A stretch of DNA of 64,000 nucleotides from Heterodontus francisci (Eukaryota): assembly GCF_036365525.1 (NCBI RefSeq), contig NC_090375.1, forward strand, positions 34,281,282 to 34,345,281, in the 5' to 3' direction. The position numbers and the translations under genes are program-made. Of the stretch, positions 63,101-64,000 are shown piece after piece. Numbering within the stretch: the first letter of the stretch is position 1; every line of letters begins with the position of its first letter. Below the pieces are notes generated by a model. It was not told the DNA's origin and ran no database searches. It was given only the letters and a program-made list of their open reading frames with translations.

Positions 63101-64000
63101 ATTGAGTTTTTTGACAAGGTGACCAAACAGGTGGATGAGGGTAAAGCCGTGGATGTGGTGTATATGGATTTCAGTAAGGCGTTTGATAAAGTTCCCCACG
63201 GTAGGCTATTGCAGAAAATACAGAAGTATGGGATTGAAGGTGAATTAGTGCTTTGGATCAGAAATTGGCTAGCTGAAAGAAGACAGAGGGTGGTGGTTGA
63301 AGGTAAATGTTCATCCTGGAGTATAGTTTCTAGTGGTGTACCGCAAGGATCTGTTTTGGGGCCACTGCTGTTTGTCATTTTTATAAATGACCAGGAAGAG
63401 GGTGTAGAAGGGTGGGTTAGTAAATTTGCGGATGACACTAAGGTCGGTGGAGTTGTGGATAGTGTCGAAGGGTGTTGTAGGGTACAGAGGGACATAGATA
63501 GGCTGCAGAGCTGGGCTGAGAGATGGCAAATGGAGTTTAATGCGGAAAAGTGTGAGGTGATTCACTTTGGAAGGAGTAACAGGAATGCAGAGTACTGGGC
63601 TAATGGGAAGATTCTTGGTAGTGTAGATGAACAGAGAGATCTTGGTGTCCAGGTACATAAATCCCTGAAGGTTGCTACCCAGGTTAATAGGGCTGTTAAG
63701 AAGGCATATGGTGTGTTAGCTTTTATTAGTAGGGGGATTGAGTTTCGGAGCCACGAGGTCATGCTGCAGCTGTACAAAACTCTGGTGAGACCGCACCTGG
63801 AGTATTGCGTGCAGTTCTGGTCACCACATTATAGGAAGGATGTGGAAGCTTTGGAAAGAGTGCAGAGGAGATTTACTCGGATGTTGCCTGGTATGGAGGG
63901 AAGCTCTTACGAGGAAAGGCTGAGGGACTTGAGGTTGTTTTCGTTGGAGAGAAGGAGAAGGAGAGGTGACTTAATAGAGACATACAAGATAATCAGAGGG
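60160..64000 (+). mobile_element. Young, apparently full-length CR1 (runs off window end)
   Basis: 5' UTR, ORF1 60438-~61345, ORF2 from ~61440 with YFNARSIRNK, ISETW, GDFN, DLVL, SDH endonuclease motifs then [33 protein letters not shown]; only a few frameshifts. Confidence 0.95.
60438..61345 (+). pseudogene. CR1 ORF1p: Zn finger, coiled coil, SGNH/GDSL esterase (frameshift near 61170)
   Basis: CSSC..CICGKC, LEDRVRKLELEQL, IGDSIVRG, LPGA, IGTND, DGLHLN. Confidence 0.88.

Overview
Vertebrate genomic DNA, very likely a shark/elasmobranch judging by HE1-type V-SINEs and HER1/CR1-type LINEs (species not determinable from the sequence). The window holds the 5' part of one host gene, SLC45A4, on the minus strand: the first coding exon (13859-13311, 549 nt, CDS from 13545), a 13.2 kb intron and the start of the next coding exon (117-1, runs off the window). 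Everything above 13860 appears to be a >50 kb upstream intron; I see no exon 1 or CpG island. The introns are filled with nested transposable elements: several CR1 subfamilies (two near full length, with zinc-finger/coiled-coil/SGNH-esterase ORF1), a second CR1/L2-group LINE family ('family B'), L2, a Tx1-like LINE, Penelope-like pieces carrying minimal hammerhead ribozymes, seven HE1-like SINEs, MITEs and an RT-less Gypsy element with a nested solo LTR. Best leads: (1) the first coding exon is bracketed by inverted SINEs, a back-splicing architecture matching the reported circSLC45A4, and the circle would encode an 85-aa peptide; (2) a uORF-dense leader on a transporter linked to polyamines; (3) ~125-230 bp hammerhead-bearing Penelope mini-insertions with 11-17 bp target-site duplications. 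No wholly new system is demonstrated. Repeat boundaries were read by eye and are approximate.
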